Source of the DNA: a virus
Lineage: Duplodnaviria; Heunggongvirae; Uroviricota; Caudoviricetes
Direction: 5' to 3' (one strand)
Virus record (IMG/VR): IMGVR_UViG_3300012663_000707
Coordinates: 70,897-119,043 of that record
Length of the DNA stretch: 48,147 nt
The translations under genes and the position numbers were made by a program. The notes beneath the pieces were generated by a model, which had not been told where the DNA came from, searched no databases, and worked only from the letters and a program-made list of their open reading frames with translations. Each line of letters opens with the position of its first letter. Position 1 is the stretch's first letter. Positions 9,567 to 19,421 of the stretch are shown here, piece by piece.

Positions 9567-10405
9567 TTAACGATCGCCTTCTCATAGAAGCCAGAATAGC
9601 CCATGATGATGTCTCCCCATGTAGGATCGTCACTTTCGTCATCTGCATTTTTTATCTTCCTTTTAACTGCTCTTTTACTAGCCTTACTTAATGGATATGT
9701 TCCTATTGCTCCAATAAATTGAATAGTTTTAGTTTGAATTTGAAGGCCATTAATTTCAACGCCATCCGGATCCTTTACTTTATAATCTTCTGGTTTTGCA
9801 CCTTCACATTCTGCAAGATCAGCAGATTCTAATTCACCTTCGATTTTTTCCTTTATTGCAAATATTGGGTCAACTAATGCTTTAATTGTAGCAATACCAG
9901 ACATACCGCCTAGACCCATCTCTTTTACAAGATGTAATATTTTAGATGTTAAAACCAGAACCAATAAAATAGCCGCTTTAATTTTTACAAGACTTAAATA
10001 AAGTCTAAGTGCGGAAGATGCAGGGTTTGGTGCACCTGGAGCAATCATCGTTGGCATTGCAGCATCTGCAACGGCTTTGACCAAACTCTTAGGTATTTCA
10101 GTAACTTCTGCTTTAAGCTGTGATAACATAGCAATAAGTTCTGCTCTTTTAGAATCAATGAAAGCTTTACCTGATTTTTTCATCTGTTCTATATAAGCAT
10201 CCTTTTGCTTCTTGATCATTACCTTTACATCTTCTTCAGGAATTTCATTTTCTTCTGCAATTCTTTTTGATTCTTTTTCAATTTCTTCAAAACCAGCAAC
10301 AATCGCTACAAATAAAGAAATAATAGCATCGGCACTCGGAACTGAAATCGATAAGGCTTCGATTGTTTCATCAACTACGCATATGAGTTTATCTAATTCT
10401 TCCAT
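9563..10405 (-). CDS. Hypothetical helical protein, 280 aa, downstream of the spike gene
   Basis: Long ORF 2 nt downstream of the gp5-like gene. Coiled-coil N-half and a hydrophobic central helix. Confidence 0.7.
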   Translation of the reverse strand: MEELDKLICVVDETIEALSISVPSADAIISLFVAIVAGFEEIEKESKRIAEENEIPEEDVKVMIKKQKDAYIEQMKKSGKAFIDSKRAELIAMLSQLKAEVTEIPKSLVKAVADAAMPTMIAPGAPNPASSALRLYLSLVKIKAAILLVLVLTSKILHLVKEMGLGGMSGIATIKALVDPIFAIKEKIEGELESADLAECEGAKPEDYKVKDPDGVEINGLQIQTKTIQFIGAIGTYPLSKASKRAVKRKIKNADDESDDPTWGDIIMGYSGFYEKAIVK

Positions 10406-10407
10406 AT

Positions 10408-11082
10408 TTAAATAATAGTCTGTTTAATTTTAGCTAATGTAGCTTGGATGATCCCAAGTTTTAATGAACTAGTAGGTAACATCGGGGCTCCGGTTGCTGG
10501 ATGTGTATGTGAAATTATTGCATCTAACATATCAGATAAAGTATCTTGTAAGGTTTGACCTTTTACTGCAGGTTCTGTTTCATCGCCATATGAACTTGCA
10601 ATGTAAATGTTATCTGAATGTAGATACATTTTACCATCGGCAGCAAGTCGAATCATAGGCTGTTCTGTTTTAGAATCACCAGTTGCTATAATCAATCCAT
10701 CTTCTGGAGAATAGTATATCCTAATTTTTCGTTCAGCATCATAAACAAGACTTACTACATTGTAAGGCTCATTTGACGCATTTAAAACTTCTTCCTTTAA
10801 TTCTTTATTCTGATCAATTTGAAACCAGTATTCAGGGTGGTATAAATTACCATTATCAAATCTTACAGCTACTATATCACCTTTCCTAGGCACCGAATTA
10901 GATCCTACGTGATCTCTATTCATAGGTGTTGCCCATGGAATAGCAGATGACGGTAATAAATCAAATTTACCGTATACCTTAATCTTACATCTACCGTTAT
11001 TTAATGGATCTTGATTGTCAACAACCTCACCGATCCAATGTGTATCCCTAAGATTGTCTTCAAATACATCAATATTACTCAT
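10408..11082 (-). CDS. gp5: Central baseplate spike (gp5 N-terminal OB-fold / P2 gpV type), no lysozyme domain
   Basis: WIGEVVDNQDPLNNGRCKIKV...IPWA...VPRKGDIVAVRFDNG is the gp5 OB motif. C-terminal SHTHP is an HxH apex. Confidence 0.85.
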   Translation of the reverse strand: MSNIDVFEDNLRDTHWIGEVVDNQDPLNNGRCKIKVYGKFDLLPSSAIPWATPMNRDHVGSNSVPRKGDIVAVRFDNGNLYHPEYWFQIDQNKELKEEVLNASNEPYNVVSLVYDAERKIRIYYSPEDGLIIATGDSKTEQPMIRLAADGKMYLHSDNIYIASSYGDETEPAVKGQTLQDTLSDMLDAIISHTHPATGAPMLPTSSLKLGIIQATLAKIKQTII

Positions 11083-12649
11083 ATACGTTGTCGTTTAAGT
11101 TACCGTCTGGTGAACTGTCAATTCCAGGACCATTATAAACATTACTAAGATCCGAAGCGACTTTAGTTTTTTCTTTTTTCTTGTTTAATAGTTGGGTTGC
11201 AAGTATTGGTATTGCACCAAGTGCATTTGCACTTGCTAATCCAATTGCATTTCTAATATCCATACCAGGACCCATACCATATACATTACCCAATAGCAAC
11301 TTTCTAAGGTTTTTAAGGTTTTGATTCCCACTATTTGCAATAAATGAATCTACTGCTTGAGCTCCAAAATTAATAGCGGCATCCGCAAGAGGTCCTCTGT
11401 TAAATCCGTACACGTTACCAGCGTTTAAATTTCTATTATTTGCAATAGCATCACCTGCTCTACTAGATTCATATACATTACCTACAGGGCTTGCACTTCC
11501 ATTTTGTTCAGATTCATTTATAGTTCCACCTGATTCTGCACTAGACTCATACACATTACCAGTAGCACCTGACGCTCTATCAGGAACTCCAGTTCCAGTT
11601 GGTGCATCAGCACCACCTTCCGATTGTTTTACTTTAGCAGTATCATCCATTGGATCATACGGATTTCTTACATCAGCCGGACTTGCACCACCTCGTACTC
11701 TTTCATTTCGTCTTAATAAATCATCTAACGGTAAGTTAGGTCCTCCGTTTGCTACTAAAGTTTCAGCATGCTTATAAAAAATACCTATTTTAGCTTTTTT
11801 AACTTCAGGGTTTTTAGAAAGTTCGGCAAATGTTTCTTGTCCAGAATTCATATCAAACTCGCATCCTACTAGTCTAATTGCAAATACAGGTTTGGTTTCA
11901 CCTACTGCAATTGATTCAAAGTTTTCTTTTGTAAAACCTGAAGCATACTTTGCATCTGCATTTCTGTTATCTTGTGTAGAATTACTATAAATTTCATATG
12001 CTGTAGCGCCACGGTATGAACCTAAAAGCGGACTACCAGTATTTGCTTGGAACGCACGTACTTCAGTAACATAAATATCCATTGTAAACCTAGAAACATT
12101 TGTAGGTAAAACTCTAACGTGTCTTCTTGTATCCCAAACAATATTTCTATATAGATCCATTAATTTTGTAGCAGTTAACTCAATATTCTCCTCTAAACAT
12201 TCGATTTCAATCTTAGGTTTTTCAGCAGCTTTCCAAGGTTCATCTTCAGTAATTGTTCTAGCTACTTCTAAACCAGTCACCGTTTGCCAAAACCAAGGCA
12301 TTTCAATATTAATCTTTCTAAAGATATTAATAAATGATCTTAATTGTGCAGCTTTTTTAGCACCATAGAAGAAGTCAGTATTACTAACCGTATTTTCAAA
12401 GTAATTAAGTGCTGTTTTTTGCGGTATACCATTAGTATATGTAGCAGGTCCGAACAATGGTGATGCTTCAGCATCATCAAAGTGAATCAAAAAGAAAAAT
12501 GATAATAACGTTGGTTCTTCATGTATAGAACTAGAACGCATTGAACCCTTTTTAAATGTTGAAATAGGTGGCAAATAAGTAGAGTACTGCTTAGCGGCAG
12601 CAATATTTGCGGCATTAATCGACTGTACTATTTGGTTACTATTATCCAT
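11075..12649 (-). CDS. Tail-tube-fold baseplate protein (gp19/gp54-like) with low-complexity C-terminus
   Basis: WFWQTVTGLE...IEIECLE...LMDLYRN...AIRLVGCEF resembles the tube fold. Position in the hub gene cluster. Confidence 0.45.
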   Translation of the reverse strand: MDNSNQIVQSINAANIAAAKQYSTYLPPISTFKKGSMRSSSIHEEPTLLSFFFLIHFDDAEASPLFGPATYTNGIPQKTALNYFENTVSNTDFFYGAKKAAQLRSFINIFRKINIEMPWFWQTVTGLEVARTITEDEPWKAAEKPKIEIECLEENIELTATKLMDLYRNIVWDTRRHVRVLPTNVSRFTMDIYVTEVRAFQANTGSPLLGSYRGATAYEIYSNSTQDNRNADAKYASGFTKENFESIAVGETKPVFAIRLVGCEFDMNSGQETFAELSKNPEVKKAKIGIFYKHAETLVANGGPNLPLDDLLRRNERVRGGASPADVRNPYDPMDDTAKVKQSEGGADAPTGTGVPDRASGATGNVYESSAESGGTINESEQNGSASPVGNVYESSRAGDAIANNRNLNAGNVYGFNRGPLADAAINFGAQAVDSFIANSGNQNLKNLRKLLLGNVYGMGPGMDIRNAIGLASANALGAIPILATQLLNKKKEKTKVASDLSNVYNGPGIDSSPDGNLNDNVYE

Positions 12650-12680
12650 CTTATTTTATATATTTAAATTTTTAGGATCC

Positions 12681-14222
12681 TTACTTAGAATTCTCTAGCT
12701 GTACACTTACATCAACTGCTTTACCTGGCCATTCTCTTCTAATTAATGTAAGTTCCTGGACCATTCTATTTGTATCTTTTTTGTATTTGTAATTTATATT
12801 CTGAATAATATAATAGCCACTTAACATGTGGTTTAATACCATATCAGGATCTCCATTAGACTTTACTTCTGCATTTTTAGCATCTCCATCTTTACGAGTC
12901 AATGATTCATTTAATGTACCTACTGTAGCAGCAGCTTCTTTAAATGCAGCTCTCGTCTTAGTAGTCTTTGGATCCGTATCATAAATCATAATAGGAATCT
13001 TCTGGTATTTATATAAAGATGGATTAAACGAACCTAATTTTACAATTACTTTCATTTTTTCAACTTCAGCCTGGTTTTGGTGATCGACTAGTTGTGCATA
13101 CAAAGCATTAGGATGCGTATTACCTAATCCATCTTCTCCACAATCTTGTCTCCCAAACCATTTATGTTTTAATTCAGTTTTAGTCCTATCTTCTTTATCT
13201 CTTCTGCTGCCTCTTAATGGTTCATCAGAATCGGGCATGCTTTTAGATACAAATGGTTCAACTTGTAATTCAATACGTTTGGTACCATCATCACCGTTAT
13301 CATCATAGTAAAGAATCTTTCTACCATAACCATTGATAGCACTGATATATGCTGAATTATTTACAATCTTATATTCTTCGATATACATTGTAGACATTTT
13401 CATAGAGAAGTCGTTAGTTAACATCAATGGAGCAACCAAGTTATCACCTGTTTCTGGATCTTTAGCATTTTCTGCCATTGATTCTTTAAACGCTGTAAAG
13501 TTAGCTTGAATTTCACCTAACGGTGGACTCTCGGAATCAAAGATTCTATTTATATCAATATAATTTAAATAGTAAAATTGATCAATATACCAAGTAGTAA
13601 AAGATTCTTCAGAAACGTGGGCTCCAGATACAACATCATTAATAAATGTAACATAATCAACCCAAGGCTGAATTCTAGTTTGTTTATCATCAGATTCTGC
13701 TATATTTGTAGCCAAACCTAATTTAAGATCTTTAGCAATTAATTCCATATGATCAATACTAGGTCCTATATCATAGTGCTTACAAACCTCAGCGGTAATG
13801 TTAGGTATTTTTACACGGCCGTTAAAAGAAATCGTAGGATTTTCATTAGGACTACTACTATTCATCTTAATTTCTGATAGTTCAAAATCCATATGGATTG
13901 TCTTAAACGTATCATTATTTTTTGAATTTAAGAATACAGTAACACAATCGCCATCTCTTGGATAAAACTCAGAATCAAATAATTTTTTACGATCGACTAC
14001 TCTACATCTTATCGTAGGCATTTTACCATCAAGCTTTAACTCAAATAATTCAATATCGGTATCGGTAAAGTCATAGTTGCTAATCTTTAAATAAGGTTGC
14101 AAGCTTGCAATAGACTTGGTTTGTCTATCACCGCCTTCTTCTTCTTTTAAAGAATCAAACTTTATATCCGTAGGTCTAATTGTCGGTTCTACTACCGCAA
14201 GTATATGGTGGTCTAATTTCAT
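12681..14222 (-). CDS. Probable baseplate hub protein (gp27/gpD-like)
   Basis: Size and position between gp53-like and spike genes. C-terminal LSGYYIIQNINYKY..QELTLIR is typical of hub proteins. Confidence 0.5.
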   Translation of the reverse strand: MKLDHHILAVVEPTIRPTDIKFDSLKEEEGGDRQTKSIASLQPYLKISNYDFTDTDIELFELKLDGKMPTIRCRVVDRKKLFDSEFYPRDGDCVTVFLNSKNNDTFKTIHMDFELSEIKMNSSSPNENPTISFNGRVKIPNITAEVCKHYDIGPSIDHMELIAKDLKLGLATNIAESDDKQTRIQPWVDYVTFINDVVSGAHVSEESFTTWYIDQFYYLNYIDINRIFDSESPPLGEIQANFTAFKESMAENAKDPETGDNLVAPLMLTNDFSMKMSTMYIEEYKIVNNSAYISAINGYGRKILYYDDNGDDGTKRIELQVEPFVSKSMPDSDEPLRGSRRDKEDRTKTELKHKWFGRQDCGEDGLGNTHPNALYAQLVDHQNQAEVEKMKVIVKLGSFNPSLYKYQKIPIMIYDTDPKTTKTRAAFKEAAATVGTLNESLTRKDGDAKNAEVKSNGDPDMVLNHMLSGYYIIQNINYKYKKDTNRMVQELTLIRREWPGKAVDVSVQLENSK

Positions 14223-14228
14223 ATGTTA

Positions 14229-14987
14229 TTAATTACAGTTAGCGCCTGAGCCATTAGTAGAAGGATTACCAGATGGGTTAGTACCATCGTTTTCGTTACC
14301 GCCTTTAGTATCGGCTTTTCCACCATCTCTGGCGTTACTACTTAAATATCTATCTATTTCACCTTTGTTTATACGTTCAACTGTATTGGCATCTCTCGTT
14401 GCCGCTGGTGTTATTTGTGCTGAAGTAGCAATAGGATTATCATTACCAATACCCGCTGTATTAGGTGTATTGGATGTGTTTGCAGCGGCAGTTTGTGCTG
14501 CTGCACCAAATTGTACTTCACCGTTAGGCAAGAATTGATATGCTTTCTGTCCAGCTGGAATTACGTTCGGTGGCAATAAAGCCTCTTTGTTGTATTTCTT
14601 TTTTAAGACTTCCATTCTAGCAGCATCTTTCTTAGGCATTCTTTTGGTGTCCATATAAAGTTGCTTGATCATATTATCATCTACAACAGAAGGTCTATCC
14701 AACATAAAGTAAGCAATACCATCAAACGGAATTAATAACTCATCACCTTCAGCAATTGAGAACGGATCTGATATACCATTGAATTTTAGGATTATATCAA
14801 TACTTGATTGTGGTCCCATGTAATCAATAGTAATTAAATCGGGTCGACCCGCTTCATCAGCTGTAACAATATGTTTTTTATATATAAAGTCTTCTTTACG
14901 ATCATAATAGTTAAACATCATAGTTGGTTGTGCCAACAAGAGTTTTATTCCATCGGTTGCTTTATGTAAAAGTGATTTTAATTCCAT
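14229..14987 (-). CDS. gp53: Baseplate wedge protein, gp53/LysM (tail X)-like
   Basis: HIVTADEAGRPDLITIDYMG...IILKFNGISDPFSIAEGDELLIP. Confidence 0.7.
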   Translation of the reverse strand: MELKSLLHKATDGIKLLLAQPTMMFNYYDRKEDFIYKKHIVTADEAGRPDLITIDYMGPQSSIDIILKFNGISDPFSIAEGDELLIPFDGIAYFMLDRPSVVDDNMIKQLYMDTKRMPKKDAARMEVLKKKYNKEALLPPNVIPAGQKAYQFLPNGEVQFGAAAQTAAANTSNTPNTAGIGNDNPIATSAQITPAATRDANTVERINKGEIDRYLSSNARDGGKADTKGGNENDGTNPSGNPSTNGSGANCN

Positions 14988-15001
14988 CTTAATATTTCTT
15001 A

Positions 15002-16897
15002 TTAACCTGCTGCATAGTTTGAGATTCTGTGAACTAATCCAGCGTTTGTCTTTTTACCGTATGAATCGACATCCATGATCGTATTAAGATCTGGTGCATT
15101 TTCAACATCAGGTTGTAGATATAATCTACCACGCCCAGCGTTAAACATTGATTCAATGTCAGCCTTATCTCTAGGACGGCCACTTTTCAATTTAACTGTA
15201 CATGTAACTTTACTAGGGAAACCTTCTAATGACATCGGTCCTTCAAATTCAAAGTTAGCATCTGTCATCGCTAAGTTACCAATTACGCAAATCGGTGACA
15301 ATGGATTACCGATCGTTAAATGCCATTGTCCAGTTGGATCACCAGATAAGAATGCAGCGGCAACTTGACCACCTTGTGCACCCATCGGACCACCAAACAT
15401 TTTCATTAATCCACCACCAATAAATTGATCTAAGATCTTTGAGTTTCCAAGTCCATTTAAAGCTCCAGCTGCATCACCAGACATGATTGCATCTGCTGCA
15501 GCACCTAGACCAGCCATTAAATCTTTACCACCCTTAGTAATCATATTAGACATGTCGTCCATTAATGATTTACCAAAACCAGCATAGTCACCGTTTCTCA
15601 ATTTTTCATAATCACCGAATGGTTTACCGGTGCGTTTACCAGAACCACCACCAACATATCTAGTGGCACCTCCCCAGAAAGGAGCTGTACTATATGTCAG
15701 AGCTAGAAGGTTTGCTATAGTATCCATGAATGCAATCCTTGGCGATGTATTTGGATAAGCTTTAATATTATAATGAAATTTAAGTGAGAATTCTTGTTCA
15801 AATTCTAAACCTTGATCTCTCGCTAATACTTTCTTAATTACGTTTAATGGGCCAAATATATGGTTTGGATAAGTATCTTTAAATGGGTCACCACCACCTT
15901 GGTACATATTCTTTCTTGCAGCGGCATCAGCACTATAACCATTAATACCAGCTTCAATACCGGATAAAAGGTTATTACCATCAAACAATGAACCTAAGGC
16001 TCCTCGACGATTATCACCTGATGCAGATGCTGCTTGTAAAGTCTGCATCTCAGATTCAGTTTCTTTCCAGTTATATTTTACACTAAATTTTATTACCTCT
16101 TTAAGATCATTTCCTAATGCAGGAGATAACCATGTAATTGCTCTAGCTAAATCGGGTTGTGTAGTATCAATCGGTTTAGGTTGACCTGCTTTAAATTCTG
16201 TTGTATTTACAATATCATCAGGAATTGGAAATGCAAATCTACGTAATGTTATCATATAGTCATTTGAAATCTGACCATAATGTTCACATTGTGCAAAATC
16301 AGCTAATTTATATGCAAAACTTTTTGAATCAAGTCTATTAGCATATGTAATAATTTTTTGAGCAGATGGATCTAATACATAATCAGGGATCATCGCTTGT
16401 CCATACTCTTTATAGAACGAATTCAGATTTCCAGGTTCTACTCCAGGTAGATTAAAATATTTAAATAATGCCCAATCATTAAATTTCGATCTTAAAGCTA
16501 AACCCGCATGTATAGTTTCACCTTTAGATGCATCAGTAGTACTATTACCTATTTTATATTTTCTAGATTGTTGTTCTTTAGCACCATACATACTGGTTTG
16601 GTTTGAATCAACCGAACTAGGATCTACTATTGCAGGACTATCAGGAAACGGTTGTACCGGTGGAAGTTCAAGAATAGGATGCACAACTTGAGTTGTAGTT
16701 GTTTCTACAATCTCAACGCCTTTGGGATCAGTCTTACCAGTCTTCTTCTCAGTAACCACTGTTTCTTTCCAAGTAGCTGCTACATAATCAACAGATCCTG
16801 TTTGGAACTGTGTACCATCACTTAGTTTCTCCAGAGTAAAGATTCCATCGTCATCTGAAATATACTTAACTTGATATGGTGTTGTTTCTCCTGCCAT
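15002..16897 (-). CDS. Baseplate tail-tube cap/initiator-like protein (gp48-like)
   Basis: C-terminal FEQEFSLKFHY...WHLTIGNP...LAMTDANFEF...FPSKVTCTVKLK matches the gp48/tube-fold pattern. Confidence 0.5.
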   Translation of the reverse strand: MAGETTPYQVKYISDDDGIFTLEKLSDGTQFQTGSVDYVAATWKETVVTEKKTGKTDPKGVEIVETTTTQVVHPILELPPVQPFPDSPAIVDPSSVDSNQTSMYGAKEQQSRKYKIGNSTTDASKGETIHAGLALRSKFNDWALFKYFNLPGVEPGNLNSFYKEYGQAMIPDYVLDPSAQKIITYANRLDSKSFAYKLADFAQCEHYGQISNDYMITLRRFAFPIPDDIVNTTEFKAGQPKPIDTTQPDLARAITWLSPALGNDLKEVIKFSVKYNWKETESEMQTLQAASASGDNRRGALGSLFDGNNLLSGIEAGINGYSADAAARKNMYQGGGDPFKDTYPNHIFGPLNVIKKVLARDQGLEFEQEFSLKFHYNIKAYPNTSPRIAFMDTIANLLALTYSTAPFWGGATRYVGGGSGKRTGKPFGDYEKLRNGDYAGFGKSLMDDMSNMITKGGKDLMAGLGAAADAIMSGDAAGALNGLGNSKILDQFIGGGLMKMFGGPMGAQGGQVAAAFLSGDPTGQWHLTIGNPLSPICVIGNLAMTDANFEFEGPMSLEGFPSKVTCTVKLKSGRPRDKADIESMFNAGRGRLYLQPDVENAPDLNTIMDVDSYGKKTNAGLVHRISNYAAG

Positions 16898-16917
16898 TTA
16901 TTAGATCTTCTTTTTTC

Positions 16918-16925
16918 TATATATC
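16918..16925 (-). promoter_or_regulatory. Late-type promoter GATATATA at the head of the baseplate operon
   Basis: Recurrent intergenic octamer. Confidence 0.65.
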
Positions 16926-16950
16926 TGGCTTAACATATTAATGTATTATG

Positions 16951-17550
16951 TCATAGCCATTCTGCTCCATCTAATTCGGATGAAGTTGGCCTATATAATA
17001 GGTCATCGACCCAATCTGGGTCCTTAGGATATTTATCTAACAAAAATCGTTCTAGTGATTTAATAAATTCACCTCTAGTATGAATATGGAATTGACCAGA
17101 TGAATATGTAGATCTAGTTGTTAGATCATATAATTCTTTTAATTTCTGTTGGATTAAAAATGTTTGGATGTTATTGAACAATTCTACTTGTTCACCCCTA
17201 GTTTTTGTACAAAAAACTGAGTCTACTGTGATTAGATAACTTTTCCAGTGTTGGCCATTGAACACTTCGTTCTCAACTATTTCAACAGTACTGTAGTTGT
17301 CTCTTTTTAAATTGATCTTAGTATCTCTACCTTCAAAATCTTTAATAAATCTACCGCCAAATAGATTGGCTTTTAAAAAGAAGATATTATCATAGAACTT
17401 CTTGATTCTAATTTGATACTGTGGATTAACATCATCAAACTTAATGTCATAGATCATTGCCCTAACAGGAATTAATATGTTAGGTTGCTGTGTTGTTGAA
17501 ATTAAAGCTTGGATTTGTTCTCCTTTTGCAAAAAGTTTATGCTTAATCAT
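16951..17550 (-). CDS. Hypothetical protein (likely start MIKHKLF)
   Basis: Long ORF with codon-like composition. Start trimmed to reduce overlap. Confidence 0.65.
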   Translation of the reverse strand: MIKHKLFAKGEQIQALISTTQQPNILIPVRAMIYDIKFDDVNPQYQIRIKKFYDNIFFLKANLFGGRFIKDFEGRDTKINLKRDNYSTVEIVENEVFNGQHWKSYLITVDSVFCTKTRGEQVELFNNIQTFLIQQKLKELYDLTTRSTYSSGQFHIHTRGEFIKSLERFLLDKYPKDPDWVDDLLYRPTSSELDGAEWL

Positions 17551-17944
17551 TGTCAATAAATTTAACGTTATCAAATTTGCTTAAGACGCCTCTTTTTGGA
17601 AACTCATTCATATTAATGATAGTTAAATTAAATTCAAATCCATCAGGCGCTAATGTACTGATATATTCTTTTAGATTACAAGCAGTCTCTTTGTCTAAAT
17701 TTTTAAACATATAGAGAATCTGAGTTTGCTCTTCATTGCATCGATCTGCAATAACTCTAGATAGAAGTTTCATGATGTACAATGAAACTATAACTTCCGA
17801 AGGGTCCTTACTATAAGGGTCGCTTTTTACTAGTCTATTTTGAATTTCATGAAACGAAATTACCAGGTCGTTTTTTTGCGACCTGGCTAATTTCTCAAAT
17901 TCAGTTCTTGTCTTGCACCAGACTCCTTCGATTTTTAAAAGCAT
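17543..17944 (-). CDS. Hypothetical protein, 133 aa
   Basis: Tightly packed ORF in the operon. Confidence 0.65.
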   Translation of the reverse strand: MLLKIEGVWCKTRTEFEKLARSQKNDLVISFHEIQNRLVKSDPYSKDPSEVIVSLYIMKLLSRVIADRCNEEQTQILYMFKNLDKETACNLKEYISTLAPDGFEFNLTIINMNEFPKRGVLSKFDNVKFIDND

Positions 17945-18261
17945 TATTTAATTAAATCCGACAAAATCTGAAGTTCTGCTTCAAGTGTTTTGATACGGTT
18001 CTTTATTTCTTCAGCTGTCGGTTGGTATTTCTTACCCCAAGCAACACTGATATTTACTTTATTGCCATCTAAATCAGTTCCTACATCAATACCAAGATCC
18101 AAAATAAGGTCATTAAAGAATTTGACCTGATTAATACGAGCTTTATCTTCGAAGTCATAAACTCTTCTAGAGATATGTTCTTCGCCAGCTCCATTGACAT
18201 TATCGTCAATTACATGTTTGACTAACCCGTTATCTGCAGGTTCGATACTGATTGAAATCAT
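17944..18261 (-). CDS. Hypothetical protein, 105 aa, C-terminal coiled coil
   Basis: Tightly packed ORF. Confidence 0.65.
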   Translation of the reverse strand: MISISIEPADNGLVKHVIDDNVNGAGEEHISRRVYDFEDKARINQVKFFNDLILDLGIDVGTDLDGNKVNISVAWGKKYQPTAEEIKNRIKTLEAELQILSDLIK

Positions 18262-18269
18262 ACTGGTTA

Positions 18270-18665
18270 TTATTGATTTGTTCTAGCGACTAATGCATTT
18301 TTAGCAGCTCTTTGTAATTCACGAGCAGCTTTTTTATTAGCTCTATAATTTTCACGGTCTTTAACTGCCATTAATGACCAAGCTTCTTCAAGCATTGTAA
18401 CTTCTTCTTGGTTATAACCCATTCCGAACCATGTAGATTTGCAACCTTGCAAAATAGCTTCAAGTCTAGTTGCAGTTAATTCGTCATTGTGATCTTGGTG
18501 TGCTTGGTGGATCTTTCTACCAGCTTCCGCAGCTTCAGCTTTAAATGCTTTAAAGGCAGGGTGGTGGTAACCTAGTTTTTTAAGAACCTTTAAGATTCCG
18601 TTTTCACGTAGCATTGATCTTCTAACTCTACGGTTAGGTGGTAATTGTTGTGTTTGTTCTTTCAT
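18270..18665 (-). CDS. Hypothetical basic helical protein, 131 aa
   Basis: ATGA overlap with the upstream gene. Confidence 0.65.
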   Translation of the reverse strand: MKEQTQQLPPNRRVRRSMLRENGILKVLKKLGYHHPAFKAFKAEAAEAGRKIHQAHQDHNDELTATRLEAILQGCKSTWFGMGYNQEEVTMLEEAWSLMAVKDRENYRANKKAARELQRAAKNALVARTNQ

Positions 18666-19204
18666 TTTTGATAGTAATTAATGATGAATGATGATATTTG
18701 TTCTTTAAGTAATTCCTTCATATTATTTATTTGATTTTCTATGAGCATAGAAATCTGATCATTTAGATCTTCTTCGTTAACGTCCATTTGTTCTTTCAAC
18801 AAATCATATACTGCAGGTGCTGGTAAATTTACTTCAATAGGCACTAGTGCCTTATTTTTAGTACTCATTTTTTCTAGCATTGCAATCATTACATTGAATT
18901 CAGCTTTAGGTTCAGCTTGAACTTCTGGCTTTACTTTTGCAGGTGGAGGTGGTGTGTTTTTATGTCCCGGCATATTATTAGGTGTAAATCCTAAATCACT
19001 AGACATATTTTCAGCTTCTTTTAACGATCTAGTTTGTAATAGACATTCGTTAACTAAGCTTGGATTAATCCTAGTTCCATCTGTAAATAAGAGCCACCCA
19101 GCATCATCCTGTATTTCGGACGGTGTTACAATATCGCCTGCTCTTTCAGTTTTAGTCCATACGAAATAGACTTCTTGTTTCTTTTGTTCAGTTTCTGCCA
19201 TCAT
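18662..19204 (-). CDS. Hypothetical protein (likely start MMAETEQ)
   Basis: ORF track 18662..19255. Start trimmed to avoid a 44-nt overlap. Confidence 0.65.
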   Translation of the reverse strand: MMAETEQKKQEVYFVWTKTERAGDIVTPSEIQDDAGWLLFTDGTRINPSLVNECLLQTRSLKEAENMSSDLGFTPNNMPGHKNTPPPPAKVKPEVQAEPKAEFNVMIAMLEKMSTKNKALVPIEVNLPAPAVYDLLKEQMDVNEEDLNDQISMLIENQINNMKELLKEQISSFIINYYQK

Positions 19205-19211
19205 AGCCTTT

Positions 19212-19421
19212 TTATTCAGTAACTTTTTGATTAGTTTCAGTACCATTGTACTCATTATTTATAAATTGTTCCAAGAATCTTAAAGATTCAACTGATCCCA
19301 GTATTGCGTCAGCTTTTATGAACCTTTTAACCCATGATTCCATAAAGGCATCATATCCTCTTTCAGTTAAATCTTTCTTCAGAACCGCAAGTTCTGGTAA
19401 GTACATCTTGTTAAATCCCAT
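19212..19421 (-). CDS. Hypothetical protein, 69 aa
   Basis: Start overlaps the helicase stop codon. Confidence 0.6.
   Translation of the reverse strand: MGFNKMYLPELAVLKKDLTERGYDAFMESWVKRFIKADAILGSVESLRFLEQFINNEYNGTETNQKVTE

Noticed and set aside
9606-9725. 39-aa hydrophobic + strand ORF downstream of the antisense promoter
   Set aside because: Composition is what antisense of Lys/Asp-rich codons produces. No independent support.
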